From NCBI GenBank assembly GCA_963720465.1, contig OY970393.1, positions 1,824,001 through 1,888,000 on the forward strand: 64,000 nucleotides of DNA, read 5' to 3'. Shown here one piece after another: positions 52,935 to 62,303 of the stretch. The stretch comes from Methanobacteriota archaeon. GTDB taxonomy: Archaea > Halobacteriota > Bog-38 > Methanoflorentales > Methanoflorentaceae. The notes beneath the pieces were generated by a model, which was given only the letters and a program-made list of their open reading frames with translations, made no database searches and was not told the origin of the DNA. Position 1 is the first letter of the stretch, and the number at the start of each line of letters is the position of its first letter. The position numbers and the translations under genes were made by a program.

Positions 52935-53106
52935 AGTGTATCGCTATTGCCCGAATGGGTATGCTAGGATGACGCTCAACAACGCGAAGTTCGAAACGAA
53001 GCTGAAAACGGCAGCAACAACGAGGAATTGGAAAACGATAAACAAATTGCTCGTCATTTCCAAATTAAGTTAGTGAGGCAACCTGGGCAATCAAGTTGGG
53101 AATTGC
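52935..53106 (+). repeat. Direct repeat of the DUF1697 3' end and 3' flank (51838-52009)
   Basis: About 170 bp near-identical: YCPNGYAR...KLLVISKLS* plus TGAGGCAACCTGGGCAATCAAGTTGGGAATTGC. Confidence 0.92.
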
Positions 53107-53171
53107 AAGGATTCGTCACACAGCGACGAGCATCGCAAATGAGAACGGACTGCCTTTAGCAACAGCGTGCT

Positions 53172-53645
53172 CTACGCACTCAAAAGACCCTTCGCAAACA
53201 CACGGGCGTTCTCCAGATCCTTTTCGTCCGGATGTCCTTTGTTCTTGCCGCCAATAAACGCGAGCGCCCCTTTCCAGTCTCTGTTTAATCGCAGCGCGCC
53301 CGCGAACTCGCCAAAGCAGGTGAACTCGCCGACGATGTGACACCCTTTCTCAGTAAGCTTCTCCTTGATCTGCTTGTGGTTGACCTCTCGAACGTTGCCG
53401 CAGGTCGAAAAAACGAATACGTTCTTGTCCATCACAGGCATGGTTTCGATCAGTTCGAACAGTGTCTTGTGGTGCTTTAACCCGTAGATGCCCGAGCCAA
53501 AGCCGATGAGGTCGTATCCTGTGAGCGCTTCCGGCCGCACGTCTTCGACCTTTGTGAGCTGTGCGTTCATAGCCTCCGCCATGGCCTTTGCCACCTTCTC
53601 GGTGTTCATGCGATGGTAGGACTTGTAAACGATAAGGGTGTTCAC
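53172..53645 (-). CDS. Flavodoxin family protein
   Basis: YKSYHRMNTEKVAKAM, YDLIGFGSGIY, KGHPD. Confidence 0.92.
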   Translation of the reverse strand: MNTLIVYKSYHRMNTEKVAKAMAEAMNAQLTKVEDVRPEALTGYDLIGFGSGIYGLKHHKTLFELIETMPVMDKNVFVFSTCGNVREVNHKQIKEKLTEKGCHIVGEFTCFGEFAGALRLNRDWKGALAFIGGKNKGHPDEKDLENARVFAKGLLSA

Positions 53646-54078
53646 GATTCCTCGTGTTGTTAGTACGGTTGTTATGACGATTGTCGCATATATAAAGCCG
53701 ATTATGACAACTATTTGTTACTCTCCTTTCGCGCTGGTCCTGAACTTTTGCAAAAAAAGGCACGTATGGAACAAAACTGGCCTTCGACATCACGCCAAGG
53801 AGGAAGTTAACGCCGTTTGTTTTGCCGGGCTGCGCACCAGCCAGCGCATCAGGCTTCCAAGGGGGTCAGTCCGCACTCGAGGTAAAATGAGATATGAACG
53901 CATCGATCGGGCACAGTGCCTCTACTCCCACGACTAACGTGTCAACGGAACATGTGAACGTCGGCCCATTCAGCGTCATCCGCTCTGTTTCAGCGTCGCA
54001 TTTTGACCCCGAAACAAGCCCCCCATCAGGGCGCTGGTCCGACGACTTGACGTACTTTTCCGTTACGTCGCGTTCATC

Positions 54079-54537
54079 CTAACTCGCGCGGAGCAGGCTA
54101 TTAATTTGAGCTGTAATCCCCGTGGTATTCGTGGCGTCGATCCAATGCCCGACTTCACGGCCGTTGTTTAGCAGGATCAGCGTCGGGACCGACGGCACCT
54201 TGTACTGATCGGCCAGCGGGCTCGCATAGTTCACGATCGACTGCACGGGGACCTTCCCTGCATACTTCTTTTGAAGCTGGGTCACGTGTGGCTCCAGCGC
54301 TTGGCAATAGGGACAATTCGTCTCATAGAAGAACAGCACCTTCAAGTGTGCCGGCACACGCGTTGCTGACGCTGAAGTCGTAGTATTTGCTGTCTTTGCT
54401 TTCATTGATGCTGTACTCGATGCTGCTTGTGATGCACTGCTTGCCGTTTGGTTGCTATTAGTTGATGATGTGCAACCCGCTATTGATAACGAGGCAACCA
54501 TCACGAGCACTATGATGGCTAACAACTTTTTTATCAT
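54079..54537 (-). CDS. Thioredoxin-like lipoprotein
   Basis: Lipobox SIAGC, S/T linker, CPYC, SVPT. Confidence 0.9.
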   Translation of the reverse strand: MIKKLLAIIVLVMVASLSIAGCTSSTNSNQTASSASQAASSTASMKAKTANTTTSASATRVPAHLKVLFFYETNCPYCQALEPHVTQLQKKYAGKVPVQSIVNYASPLADQYKVPSVPTLILLNNGREVGHWIDATNTTGITAQINSLLRAS

Positions 54538-54570
54538 ATGCGTCGCCCAAAAAGGCGGCGAGATAGTATA

Positions 54571-54606
54571 AGTGTTGCTGTTAGCTGGAGTGTTGCTGTT
54601 AGCTGG
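54571..54606. repeat. 18-bp tandem duplication
   Basis: AGTGTTGCTGTTAGCTGG x2, next to a TTATA box on the minus strand. Confidence 0.85.
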
Positions 54607-54769
54607 GCCCCATCTTGTATCGTTTGATGGCTCGAAGAACAGGGGAGTTATCAAAACTGCTTCGCGGCGATTAAGGAATTGGGTATTTTCGAGCTTAGCA
54701 GGTCACACGCTGCCGTTAATGACGTAGGATACTATTGGTCACTTCCCGCGAACGCGGACGCCGTTAGGT

Positions 54770-54856
54770 GTGACACAAAGATGCTGTCACGCTTTCCCAC
54801 ACAAAGATGCTGTCACGAGTTCCAACGCAATCTATGTCTCACGCGGCCTTATGAAA
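54770..54856 (+). promoter_or_regulatory. Operator array (3 x 26 bp) plus TATA-like box of the Cys-microprotein cassette
   Basis: ACAAAGATGCTGTCACG x2 at 26-bp period, degenerate third unit, CTCACGCGGCCTTATGAAA. Confidence 0.75.
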
Positions 54857-54890
54857 CCATTCCGTGTAGTCCTGATCGGAGATGAACGTG

Positions 54891-55046
54891 ATGGCTACGA
54901 ATGCAACAACCATAAAAAACGGAGCCTGCTGGTATGGCCTCCACTTCGGCTCCTTGAACACCACAAACGATCCGAACTGCACCAAGTGCGCAGAGCGCCT
55001 CGGCCACGCCGTGAACAGCGTGCTTCGCCCCCCGCAGCGCGGTTAA
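54891..55046 (+). CDS. 51-aa Cys-rich microprotein (not in ORF track)
   Basis: MATNATTIKNGACWYGLHFGSLNTTNDPNCTKCAERLGHAVNSVLRPPQRG; GGAGATGA RBS. Confidence 0.85.
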   Translation: MATNATTIKNGACWYGLHFGSLNTTNDPNCTKCAERLGHAVNSVLRPPQRG

Positions 55047-55527
55047 CTGAGTGGTTTATCGCACCAGCCGAGAAATAACGGGTGATACCTCATAGGTTTG
55101 GTACCACTTAATTTCCAAACTGGTCGCTGAGGTTATGGGGCACAAGGCCTTTATGCTTTCAGCACGACGCTGTGCGCAACGCGATCGCCGAGACGCTATT
55201 TCTATCCAAATGAGGATTACGCTGAGCAGGTAGGGCTGAAGTGCTGAATCTCGTCGATCTATAACAGAATCGTGCGTACAAACGCCGCTCCGTAGGCGAT
55301 CGGTGTGTGGTTCGTCTGACCGCTTTTATCTAGACTACCACCTACCAACCGATTGTCCGCAACGTCCTAAGAGGGGCGCGACGTAGAGCAGCTTAATCAC
55401 GCTGCCCAAAACGATAGCTGCGAAGTAACCATCACCTTCAAAAGTGCGCGATGAGCTCCCAAGATAGTGCCATCAATGAGTGACGCTGCAACGCGAATAG
55501 CGACACTATGACAAGGCATTCTAGCGC

Positions 55528-55929
55528 CTAGTGTGGATGCGGCGCTTGCGTCAAAATGAGGATGCCCCCCAGTAGGAAGAGTACGAAGGTAAGAACGCCA
55601 AAAAGTGATATCAGAACCCCGAGCGGAATGAGGATGGCTCCTGCTACGAACTCTACAAAGCTAAGAGTGCTTAAAAGGCCGATCGATATCAGAGCTCCGA
55701 GCGCTCCGATAATCATAAGCGTTGCGCCTATGATTTTCCGGTTTTCGAGCACGCCGCCGGCGACTCCGACTAGTGAGAAGATGAGTGCTGCCCCTGCTGC
55801 GTTGGAGTAAGGCTGTAACCCCCCCATTGCGTTAAACGCCTCGGGCATGCCTCCGAGCTGAACGACGAGTATGACGGCTAGGATACCGGCGATTCCTCCG
55901 ATTATCCCAAGCCAAAATGCGTTGCCCAT
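55528..55929 (-). CDS. Gly-rich multi-TM membrane protein (DUF4064-like)
   Basis: FWLGIIGGIAG; four to five hydrophobic segments. Confidence 0.75.
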   Translation of the reverse strand: MGNAFWLGIIGGIAGILAVILVVQLGGMPEAFNAMGGLQPYSNAAGAALIFSLVGVAGGVLENRKIIGATLMIIGALGALISIGLLSTLSFVEFVAGAILIPLGVLISLFGVLTFVLFLLGGILILTQAPHPH

Positions 55930-56048
55930 ATATGCATCTCTCAAGATTTGGCTGTAACTCTATGCCGCCCTAGTGCACCTGTTATTCCTTTCGTCTAGTA
56001 CAATCGGTGTCGATGTGGTTTGGCACTCTGGGAGTCCAATCACAAAGG

Positions 56049-56615
56049 TCAGATCACGAGTATTCTTAGTGTTTCTGCCCCCACAATGTTATCGGCTTGT
56101 TCTATCCTGTGAACGCGATACAATGAGATGTTCAACAGACTTCCTTCGGTCCACACGTATTCTTTGTAAATCTGCGGTGCATGACCTGTTACATTTTGAT
56201 AGACCGCTGCATCTTGGGGATTGGTGCTGACCAGGGTGTACGCTGTTAAGTTCAAAGTGTCGACGTAATTTGTCGCGTCTTGTGTGGTCGGAAATACAAT
56301 GAAGGTCCGGTCCAGAGTCACGGTCTCGGTCCGGTTTGTTTGTCTTATGACCGCTGTCCATACTACGTGCGCGGACGTGCTGTTACTCCATACGAGCTCC
56401 CACGCCGTGATGCGCTGGCTGCTGTTCGAGTATTGTTCAGTCTTGTACGCTGTAATGTATTTTTCCAACAAGGCGTTGTGCTGTGTCGTTGCATTTGTGG
56501 CACTTGATGTGGCGCTTGGTGCTTGGGTGGTGTTGTTTGTGCTAGTAGTGCAACCTGCTATTGATAATGAGGCAATCACAATAAGCAGGATAAGAGCTAG
56601 CAACTTTTTTGTCAT
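56049..56615 (-). CDS. Lipoprotein of unknown function
   Basis: MTKKLLALILLIVIASLSIAGC lipobox; TTTATA box upstream. Confidence 0.88.
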   Translation of the reverse strand: MTKKLLALILLIVIASLSIAGCTTSTNNTTQAPSATSSATNATTQHNALLEKYITAYKTEQYSNSSQRITAWELVWSNSTSAHVVWTAVIRQTNRTETVTLDRTFIVFPTTQDATNYVDTLNLTAYTLVSTNPQDAAVYQNVTGHAPQIYKEYVWTEGSLLNISLYRVHRIEQADNIVGAETLRILVI

Positions 56616-56648
56616 ACCGCGATAATGAATGCTGCTTACGTATAAAGC

Positions 56649-56754
56649 TGCTTTTTAGCCACTTTACGGCGGCGTGTTTCTGGTTTTCGGGAGCATAAGG
56701 AACTGATGCCGTCTCTAGACAAGCTTTCGTCAAGCCGCGTGAAGCTTGCTCGCG
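56649..56754 (-). repeat. Dispersed ~105-bp repeat, copy 2
   Basis: Inverted relative to 44062-44169; abuts the lipoprotein TATA box. Confidence 0.8.
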
Positions 56755-56840
56755 GCGGAGGCTTTTGATTTGAGCTAAATATATTTTGTACCTTACATCG
56801 ACCTCAATAGCTTCTCAAGACGAGTTCTTTTGCTGAGGTT

Positions 56841-57737
56841 TTATATCCGCGTATTATCGTATCTAACCTTCCAATACCCGAGCACAACGAGCGCCTTAAG
56901 CGCGTAGTAGGCGTTCTCGAGGCTCGAAATGCCTGAATCGACAGCCCGCCGAAACCCGCCGTTGGCGTTCTGGAGCTGGCCGATGAACCGGGCGATCTCC
57001 TGTCGGTAGCGGGGGCTCTCGTTCACCGCCTGCATAATGGAGAGCCCCCGGTGGATCTCGTCGAGGTAGTTGGGCGTATTCATGGGCGTTTGCGAGAATC
57101 CTCCGGTCTTCCACTCGCATCGCCGTATCCATTGTGAGACGCCCGCAAGGCAGTCTGCTGGGGAGAAGGAGAGCGCCTGTACCGCATTGTACGTCGAATA
57201 GATCGACGCGTGGTCAACACCGAATCCTCCCTCGGGACGCCGGTATTGACGTACCGCCGCGACGACCTCAGTCTTGACCGCTGGCGAGGGTTCTTTGCGT
57301 CGGAGGGCGAGGATCGCAACGGCCCTGCCCAGAGATTCAAGGAACGAGTTACTGAGCTGGTAGTACGGCTGAGATACGATACTGAGCGTACCCCTCAACT
57401 GGCTGTGCAGAAAGTCGTCCGAATCGAAGAGCGGCGGCACGCCCAAAAGATCGAGCACGCGAAGAACGTAATCGGCTGAGTAAATGCTCTGGAAGGAGCC
57501 ATCGCTGCCTTGGCGTTGTTGTAGGAAGTCTGCCGTCAGCTCAGGCTCCGGCACGGGTCGATTAAGCGCCGTGAGCGCGTACACTGCATAGAAGGTGTCG
57601 GCTGCGTTCGACTCGTTGAGGCGATAGAAGCAGTACCCGCCGTCATCGTTCCTCGTGCTTTCGACGTATCCGACGAGTTGACGCACGTCAAACCGTAACA
57701 GTTTCTCGTTCACTCCGGTCAATAGTAGTGCCTTCAT
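56841..57737 (-). CDS. Prenyltransferase/squalene oxidase repeat protein
   Basis: RNDDGGY, QGSDGSF, PEGGFG, QNANGGF repeats; DTFYAV. Confidence 0.88.
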   Translation of the reverse strand: MKALLLTGVNEKLLRFDVRQLVGYVESTRNDDGGYCFYRLNESNAADTFYAVYALTALNRPVPEPELTADFLQQRQGSDGSFQSIYSADYVLRVLDLLGVPPLFDSDDFLHSQLRGTLSIVSQPYYQLSNSFLESLGRAVAILALRRKEPSPAVKTEVVAAVRQYRRPEGGFGVDHASIYSTYNAVQALSFSPADCLAGVSQWIRRCEWKTGGFSQTPMNTPNYLDEIHRGLSIMQAVNESPRYRQEIARFIGQLQNANGGFRRAVDSGISSLENAYYALKALVVLGYWKVRYDNTRI

Positions 57738-58107
57738 CCTTGGCAAGTGCACCCGGTGGACGATGGCCGACGTGACGCGACTAAAATTGCGAGTAAAATA
57801 GCGATACCCACGAGCAATGGGGTTGCATCAGGATACACGGTGGCTCCCTCCGTTGGCTTGCGAATTTCGTAGGAGTCATCAGCCTTATGCGGTTACGGTG
57901 AACTCCATCACCCGTGCATGGCACATACGTATGTTCTTACATAACTATTGCGGCTGTGCACGCCTCCCGTCCTCAAAAGAAGCGGTGGGGGTCCACGAAT
58001 ACTGATCGACATTGCTTCCGGCAGCCATTGTGCTCACATCGTTCACAAACTGAAGGCGCTATCGCGATCTCTGCCACGTTCTTGAATGTTTGGCTACTAC
58101 CGGTCGG

Positions 58108-58587
58108 TCACCCGATGCTGCGACGCTGGAAACCGACTAGTCCGCCGATGGTGAGCACCAACGCTACGAGGGTGAGCGAAACTAGCGGCATTAGGGATAC
58201 TCCACTGACGAGAACCGTCGGCACGTGGTTGAATGGCGAGATGTTCAGTATCGACTGGCTCACCTGCAACGTCTCTCCGATCAGCTCGACTAGTATGAAC
58301 GCTCCCAGCGCCCCCCAGCTCACAAACGACAGCCGAGGTACGAGACCGTACAGGGCCATTGTGATTCCTACCACCACCAAGACGGGAGGCAGGTACGCGA
58401 GCGCGGCGACCAGCACACGGGGCAGTTCGTAGCCTACGTTGCCGGTGCTCAGCCCGTAGGTCAGCCCGGCCGGGAGGCCGAAGGCCGTGAGCACGACCGC
58501 CGAGCCGATGACCACGAGGGCTCGGGTTTTCCCGTAATACTTGGTCAGATTCTCAATTTCGATCACCGACAAAGGATTCGCCTCCAA
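58108..58587 (-). pseudogene. In-frame chimera of an ABC ATPase N-terminus and an ABC-2 permease C-terminus
   Basis: VIEIENLTKYYGKTRA joined to LAYLPP...ISPFNHVP...GFQRR. Confidence 0.8.
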
Positions 58588-59139
58588 CCATTTTATTCGT
58601 CCCGTTCATTTGTAGGCTGCTTAAAGTCTGAGACTTTCATCTCATAACTCAGCACAAACTACAATGCTTAATTTTCTTTCGTACTTCGATATCAACGAAA
58701 TCGAAACAAGTGGTACCAGCTTTTCCCTCTCTTTTTGCTCGTGACTTTAACAGCTAGAATGGCACGGCGTCATAGATTTTGGCAAGTCGCTCTCCTTGAA
58801 TTGCAGTAAGGTCCAATGTCCGAACAACATCTGAACCCGACGAATGTCAGTGTTGTGCCGCGCCAAGTTGACAGCAAAGAAGTGTGGAGGCGATGCCGTT
58901 CGTAACCTCTGTTCGAATGCTCGAAATTATTCGCTTTCTGCTTCGACTTAGACTGACTAGGCGTCGCTTTGGGCCACGTGCAGTGTGTCAGGAAGTGCAA
59001 AGTCGATACCGGTAAAGGGAGCAACGCTCCTCGTTGTCGCAGCACCACTCGCTGGAGTAATTGTCAAGAGGCGCGGTGCAAAGCTGCCCATCTTCATAGC
59101 GACTGCACTCCTTGCGGCAAGCGCCTACTGCCTCTATGC

Positions 59140-59350
59140 GTTCCAGTGACGCGGCCGCAAATCATCTTCGGGGTGCTGATCGCGGGTGTGGGTGTAGCAC
59201 TCGATTTGGTGATGATGGTCGACATCATTATACAACTGTCGAACAATCACAAACGGGAACTGCGACCGGGATACTGACCATTCAGAACCGTTGGCAGTGC
59301 TGTCGGCCCCATTATTACGGGCGTCGACCTCACCCAGTACGTTCACCGCT
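59140..59350 (+). pseudogene. MFS transporter internal fragment
   Basis: IFGVLIAGVGVAL...GTATGILT/FRTVGSAVGPII across frameshifts. Confidence 0.45.
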
Positions 59351-59352
59351 AA

Positions 59353-60216
59353 TCATTCAGACACCCCGGAGCCCTGTGATAGGCCCGCCCCTCCCGAATG
59401 CAACAGCATTCGGTGTGCTTCTTCTATCTCTATTTTTGTATTCAATACGAATGCTTTATTTGTTGATGTTATAGCACTAAGAGAGTCGCTTTTTAAGGGG
59501 GGTATCGTTAAAAGTTCAGAATCATCAACCACCAGCGAAAAAAGGTTGCCAAAGTCTAGCATATCCATCATATTGGCTCTGGAACGTTTATGCAACTCTG
59601 TTTCGTGGTGCTCTAAAGATTCCATGATCTGGCTTTTTTCAATGATCTGGATTTTCACATTACTTTTTTTATATAAGGGTTCTAATCTTTTTTTTGTGTC
59701 TTGATCAGCTGCAATTAGTACTAAGTATATTTTAATATTCTTTTTTGCGGCCTTTTCTATGTAATCTAGGTATTTTCCTGATGTTTGGCAGTATACACTC
59801 TCCCGAGCATTATTTAGCATGTCTTTGATTTTAAATTCAAAGCTTTTAGCGCCGAAAATAAACCATAAAGGAGAAGAGTGTTCGGTGATTATCTCCTGCT
59901 TTTTAAGGGTCTGGAATTCTTTTAAAGCTTCTTTCTTGGCGTCCTGATGTTTTTTTATTATTAGTTCTAGCGCAACTCTTGGCTCTATCGCCTGATAGGT
60001 AGCCGGTCTCGGACTTGTTAACACGATCAAACCAGTTTCTTCAAGCATCCTCAAGCCATCGTATACCCTCGGTTTAGATACATCCAGAAATTCTAGCAGG
60101 TCTCTTACTTCTGCGCTTTGCAATACTACCAGCGCTGCGTATATTTTCGCCTCTGACTCGAGCAACCCAAGCTCTGTTAAAGATGTGAGCAGTTGACTGG
60201 GTAATCGTCTCATCAT
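59353..60216 (-). CDS. TrmB-family transcriptional regulator
   Basis: LGLLESEAKIYAAL, VSKPRVYDGLRMLEETGL, RPATYQAIEP; AT-rich. Confidence 0.92.
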   Translation of the reverse strand: MMRRLPSQLLTSLTELGLLESEAKIYAALVVLQSAEVRDLLEFLDVSKPRVYDGLRMLEETGLIVLTSPRPATYQAIEPRVALELIIKKHQDAKKEALKEFQTLKKQEIITEHSSPLWFIFGAKSFEFKIKDMLNNARESVYCQTSGKYLDYIEKAAKKNIKIYLVLIAADQDTKKRLEPLYKKSNVKIQIIEKSQIMESLEHHETELHKRSRANMMDMLDFGNLFSLVVDDSELLTIPPLKSDSLSAITSTNKAFVLNTKIEIEEAHRMLLHSGGAGLSQGSGVSE

Positions 60217-60232
60217 TGTCCCTCTTAATTAT

Positions 60233-60318
60233 AAGTTGTCAAATTATTATTTACTTAGCCGTTATTTATATATACCTCTTACACCCCATATCAATCGTTG
60301 TTAAATTTTTGACAACTT
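60233..60318. promoter_or_regulatory. Probable TrmB operator sites around a divergent TATA region
   Basis: AAGTTGTCAAA (60233) and TTTGACAACTT (60308) are inverted; palindrome GTTGTTAAATTTTTGACAAC at 60297-60316; TTTATATATA between. Confidence 0.65.
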
Positions 60319-60431
60319 CAATAGCAAAATGATTGCAGGCAAAGATAGCATGGAAACTAAAAATCTTTGCTTATATTCGGCCGACCTGCTCCGTGCACGG
60401 CCACGAGAGTAAAAACTGACTGAGGTTTATA

Positions 60432-61427
60432 ATGTCCGATATCATTAGCGTCGAAAACCTTGTCAAGGTGTATCCTGGAGGTACACGGGCTGTCGATGGG
60501 ATCTCGTTCAGTGTGAGCGAAGGCGAGTTCTTTGGGTTCCTCGGCCCGAATGGTGCGGGAAAGAGCACGACGATCCAGGTTCTCACGACACTGCTGAAGA
60601 AAACCTCCGGCTCTGCGACCGTTGCTGGCTACGATGTTGAAACGGATGCACGGGAGATACGCAAAGTTATCGGCGTCCAACGCCAGGAGACCATTCTGGA
60701 CGGGGACCTGACGGGCCGCGAGAACCTCACCCTTCAAGGGCACCTTCAGCGGTTGCACGGTGATGCTCTCAAAAAACGCGTGGACGAACTGCTCACACTC
60801 GTCGAGCTCTCGGACGTCGCTGACAAGAGGGCGGCACACTACTCCGGAGGGATGAAAAAGCGGCTCGACCTCGCATCTACCCTTGTTCACAAACCACGCG
60901 TGCTCTTTCTAGACGAGCCGACCTCGGGGCTCGATCCCCAATCGCGCGCAGCTATATGGGAGCACCTCGAGACGCTCAACAGAGAGGGGGGTGTAACGGT
61001 TTTTTTGACAACCCAGCAGATGGAAGAAGCCGACAGGCTCTGTCAACGGCTCTCAATAATCGATCACGGAGAGATTATTGTAGGTGGCTCGCCCGTAGAA
61101 CTCAAACATCAACTCGGCGGTGACACCATCACGCTGTCACTGGCCGACGCGGACTCAGACGGCGTAAGAGATAGATCAAAGCGGATTGTTAGCGGCATTC
61201 AAGGTGTTACCAAAGTCCTCGATATCGAAACGGGACTGGCGGCATACGCCAAGAACGCGGGCGCTCTCGTTCCCGATATCGTACGACTATTTGACGAGAA
61301 CGGGATTCGCTTGACGTCAATCAACGTCGCATCTGCCTCGCTGGATGACGTCTTTTTGCAGCACACAGGAAGACGGATACGATCAGAAGAACTGTCGAAA
61401 GGAGATACGTGGAAAGGACACGTGTGA
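60432..61427 (+). CDS. ABC-2 exporter ATP-binding protein (DrrA-like)
   Basis: GPNGAGKST, YSGGMKKRL, LDEPTSGLDP, SLDDVF. Confidence 0.96.
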   Translation: MSDIISVENLVKVYPGGTRAVDGISFSVSEGEFFGFLGPNGAGKSTTIQVLTTLLKKTSGSATVAGYDVETDAREIRKVIGVQRQETILDGDLTGRENLTLQGHLQRLHGDALKKRVDELLTLVELSDVADKRAAHYSGGMKKRLDLASTLVHKPRVLFLDEPTSGLDPQSRAAIWEHLETLNREGGVTVFLTTQQMEEADRLCQRLSIIDHGEIIVGGSPVELKHQLGGDTITLSLADADSDGVRDRSKRIVSGIQGVTKVLDIETGLAAYAKNAGALVPDIVRLFDENGIRLTSINVASASLDDVFLQHTGRRIRSEELSKGDTWKGHV

Positions 61428-61438
61428 GGTGATAGAAG

Positions 61439-62209
61439 ATGTATGACGCTCTCCTTGACGTGTGGCACCTCTACATCAGGGCCTTAAAAAAGACTATACG
61501 GACTCCGATCCTCATCTTCAGCGCGCTCGCCCTACCAGTGCTGTTTCTGATTCTCTTCTCGCAAATTTTTACGCAGTTTGGAAACCTCCCAGGATTCCCT
61601 GCCGGCGGCTATGTCCAATTCGTAGTGGCTGGCATCATTATTATGAACCCCTTGTTTGATTCAGGGGGCGCAGGGGAGTCCGTGGTTGACGACATCAATT
61701 CGGGATTTGTTTCAAAGATGCTCGTGACGCCCGTGAACAGGGCCGCCATTCTGTTCGGTCGGTTACTGCATGATATGACCATGGTGCTTTTCCCGGTTGC
61801 TATAACGCTGGTGCTCGCGTACGCGCTTGGTGCAACGGTCATAACAGGGGCCCCAGGAATTCTGCTGATTCTTCTCACCGCCGCTTTCTTTGCGTTGGCT
61901 ATGTCAGGGCTGACGATGGCAATCGGGGTGAGAACAAAAAGTTCGCAAGCAGTCGCAAGTTTAGATCTTGTGGTGACGTTCCCTCTTGCGTTTGTGAGCA
62001 CAGCGTTCGTTCCATACCAGTTCCTTCCGGGCTGGGCGCAGGCCTTTTCGAATATCAACCCGTTTAGTTACGTGGTCGACGCGGTCAGGGTACTGATGTC
62101 CACAGGATTTGTTTGGAGTACCATTCTGGCCGCGTATGCAGTTATAGCGGTGTTCGCGGTAGTGACGGTAGGGGCCACATTATTTCAATTCAGGAGTGTA
62201 GTGAAGTAG
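61439..62209 (+). CDS. ABC-2 exporter permease
   Basis: Six TM, KMLVTPV, NPFSYVVDAVR. Confidence 0.93.
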   Translation: MYDALLDVWHLYIRALKKTIRTPILIFSALALPVLFLILFSQIFTQFGNLPGFPAGGYVQFVVAGIIIMNPLFDSGGAGESVVDDINSGFVSKMLVTPVNRAAILFGRLLHDMTMVLFPVAITLVLAYALGATVITGAPGILLILLTAAFFALAMSGLTMAIGVRTKSSQAVASLDLVVTFPLAFVSTAFVPYQFLPGWAQAFSNINPFSYVVDAVRVLMSTGFVWSTILAAYAVIAVFAVVTVGATLFQFRSVVK

Positions 62210-62303
62210 GCGATTGCAACGCCTCGACGCGAACGGGATCTTCAAAACCAGATAGCCTGCCGCTTTAGGTACCGTCACACGAAGCGCATTAGGAGCCTCG
62301 AAC

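Noticed and set aside
53865-54081. About 70 open codons after the thioredoxin TAG, suggesting pyrrolysine readthrough
   Set aside because: The thioredoxin fold is already complete, the extension resembles nothing, and no pyl genes are in the window
57721-57737. MKALLL start shared by the prenyltransferase-repeat gene and the Nmad3 genes
   Set aside because: Only ~17 nt of similarity with no shared upstream sequence; may be chance
41410-57800. Integron with gene cassettes
   Set aside because: Genes alternate strands, no repeated attC-like RYYYAAC...GTTRRRY sites were found, and the remnant shows no recognisable IntI features
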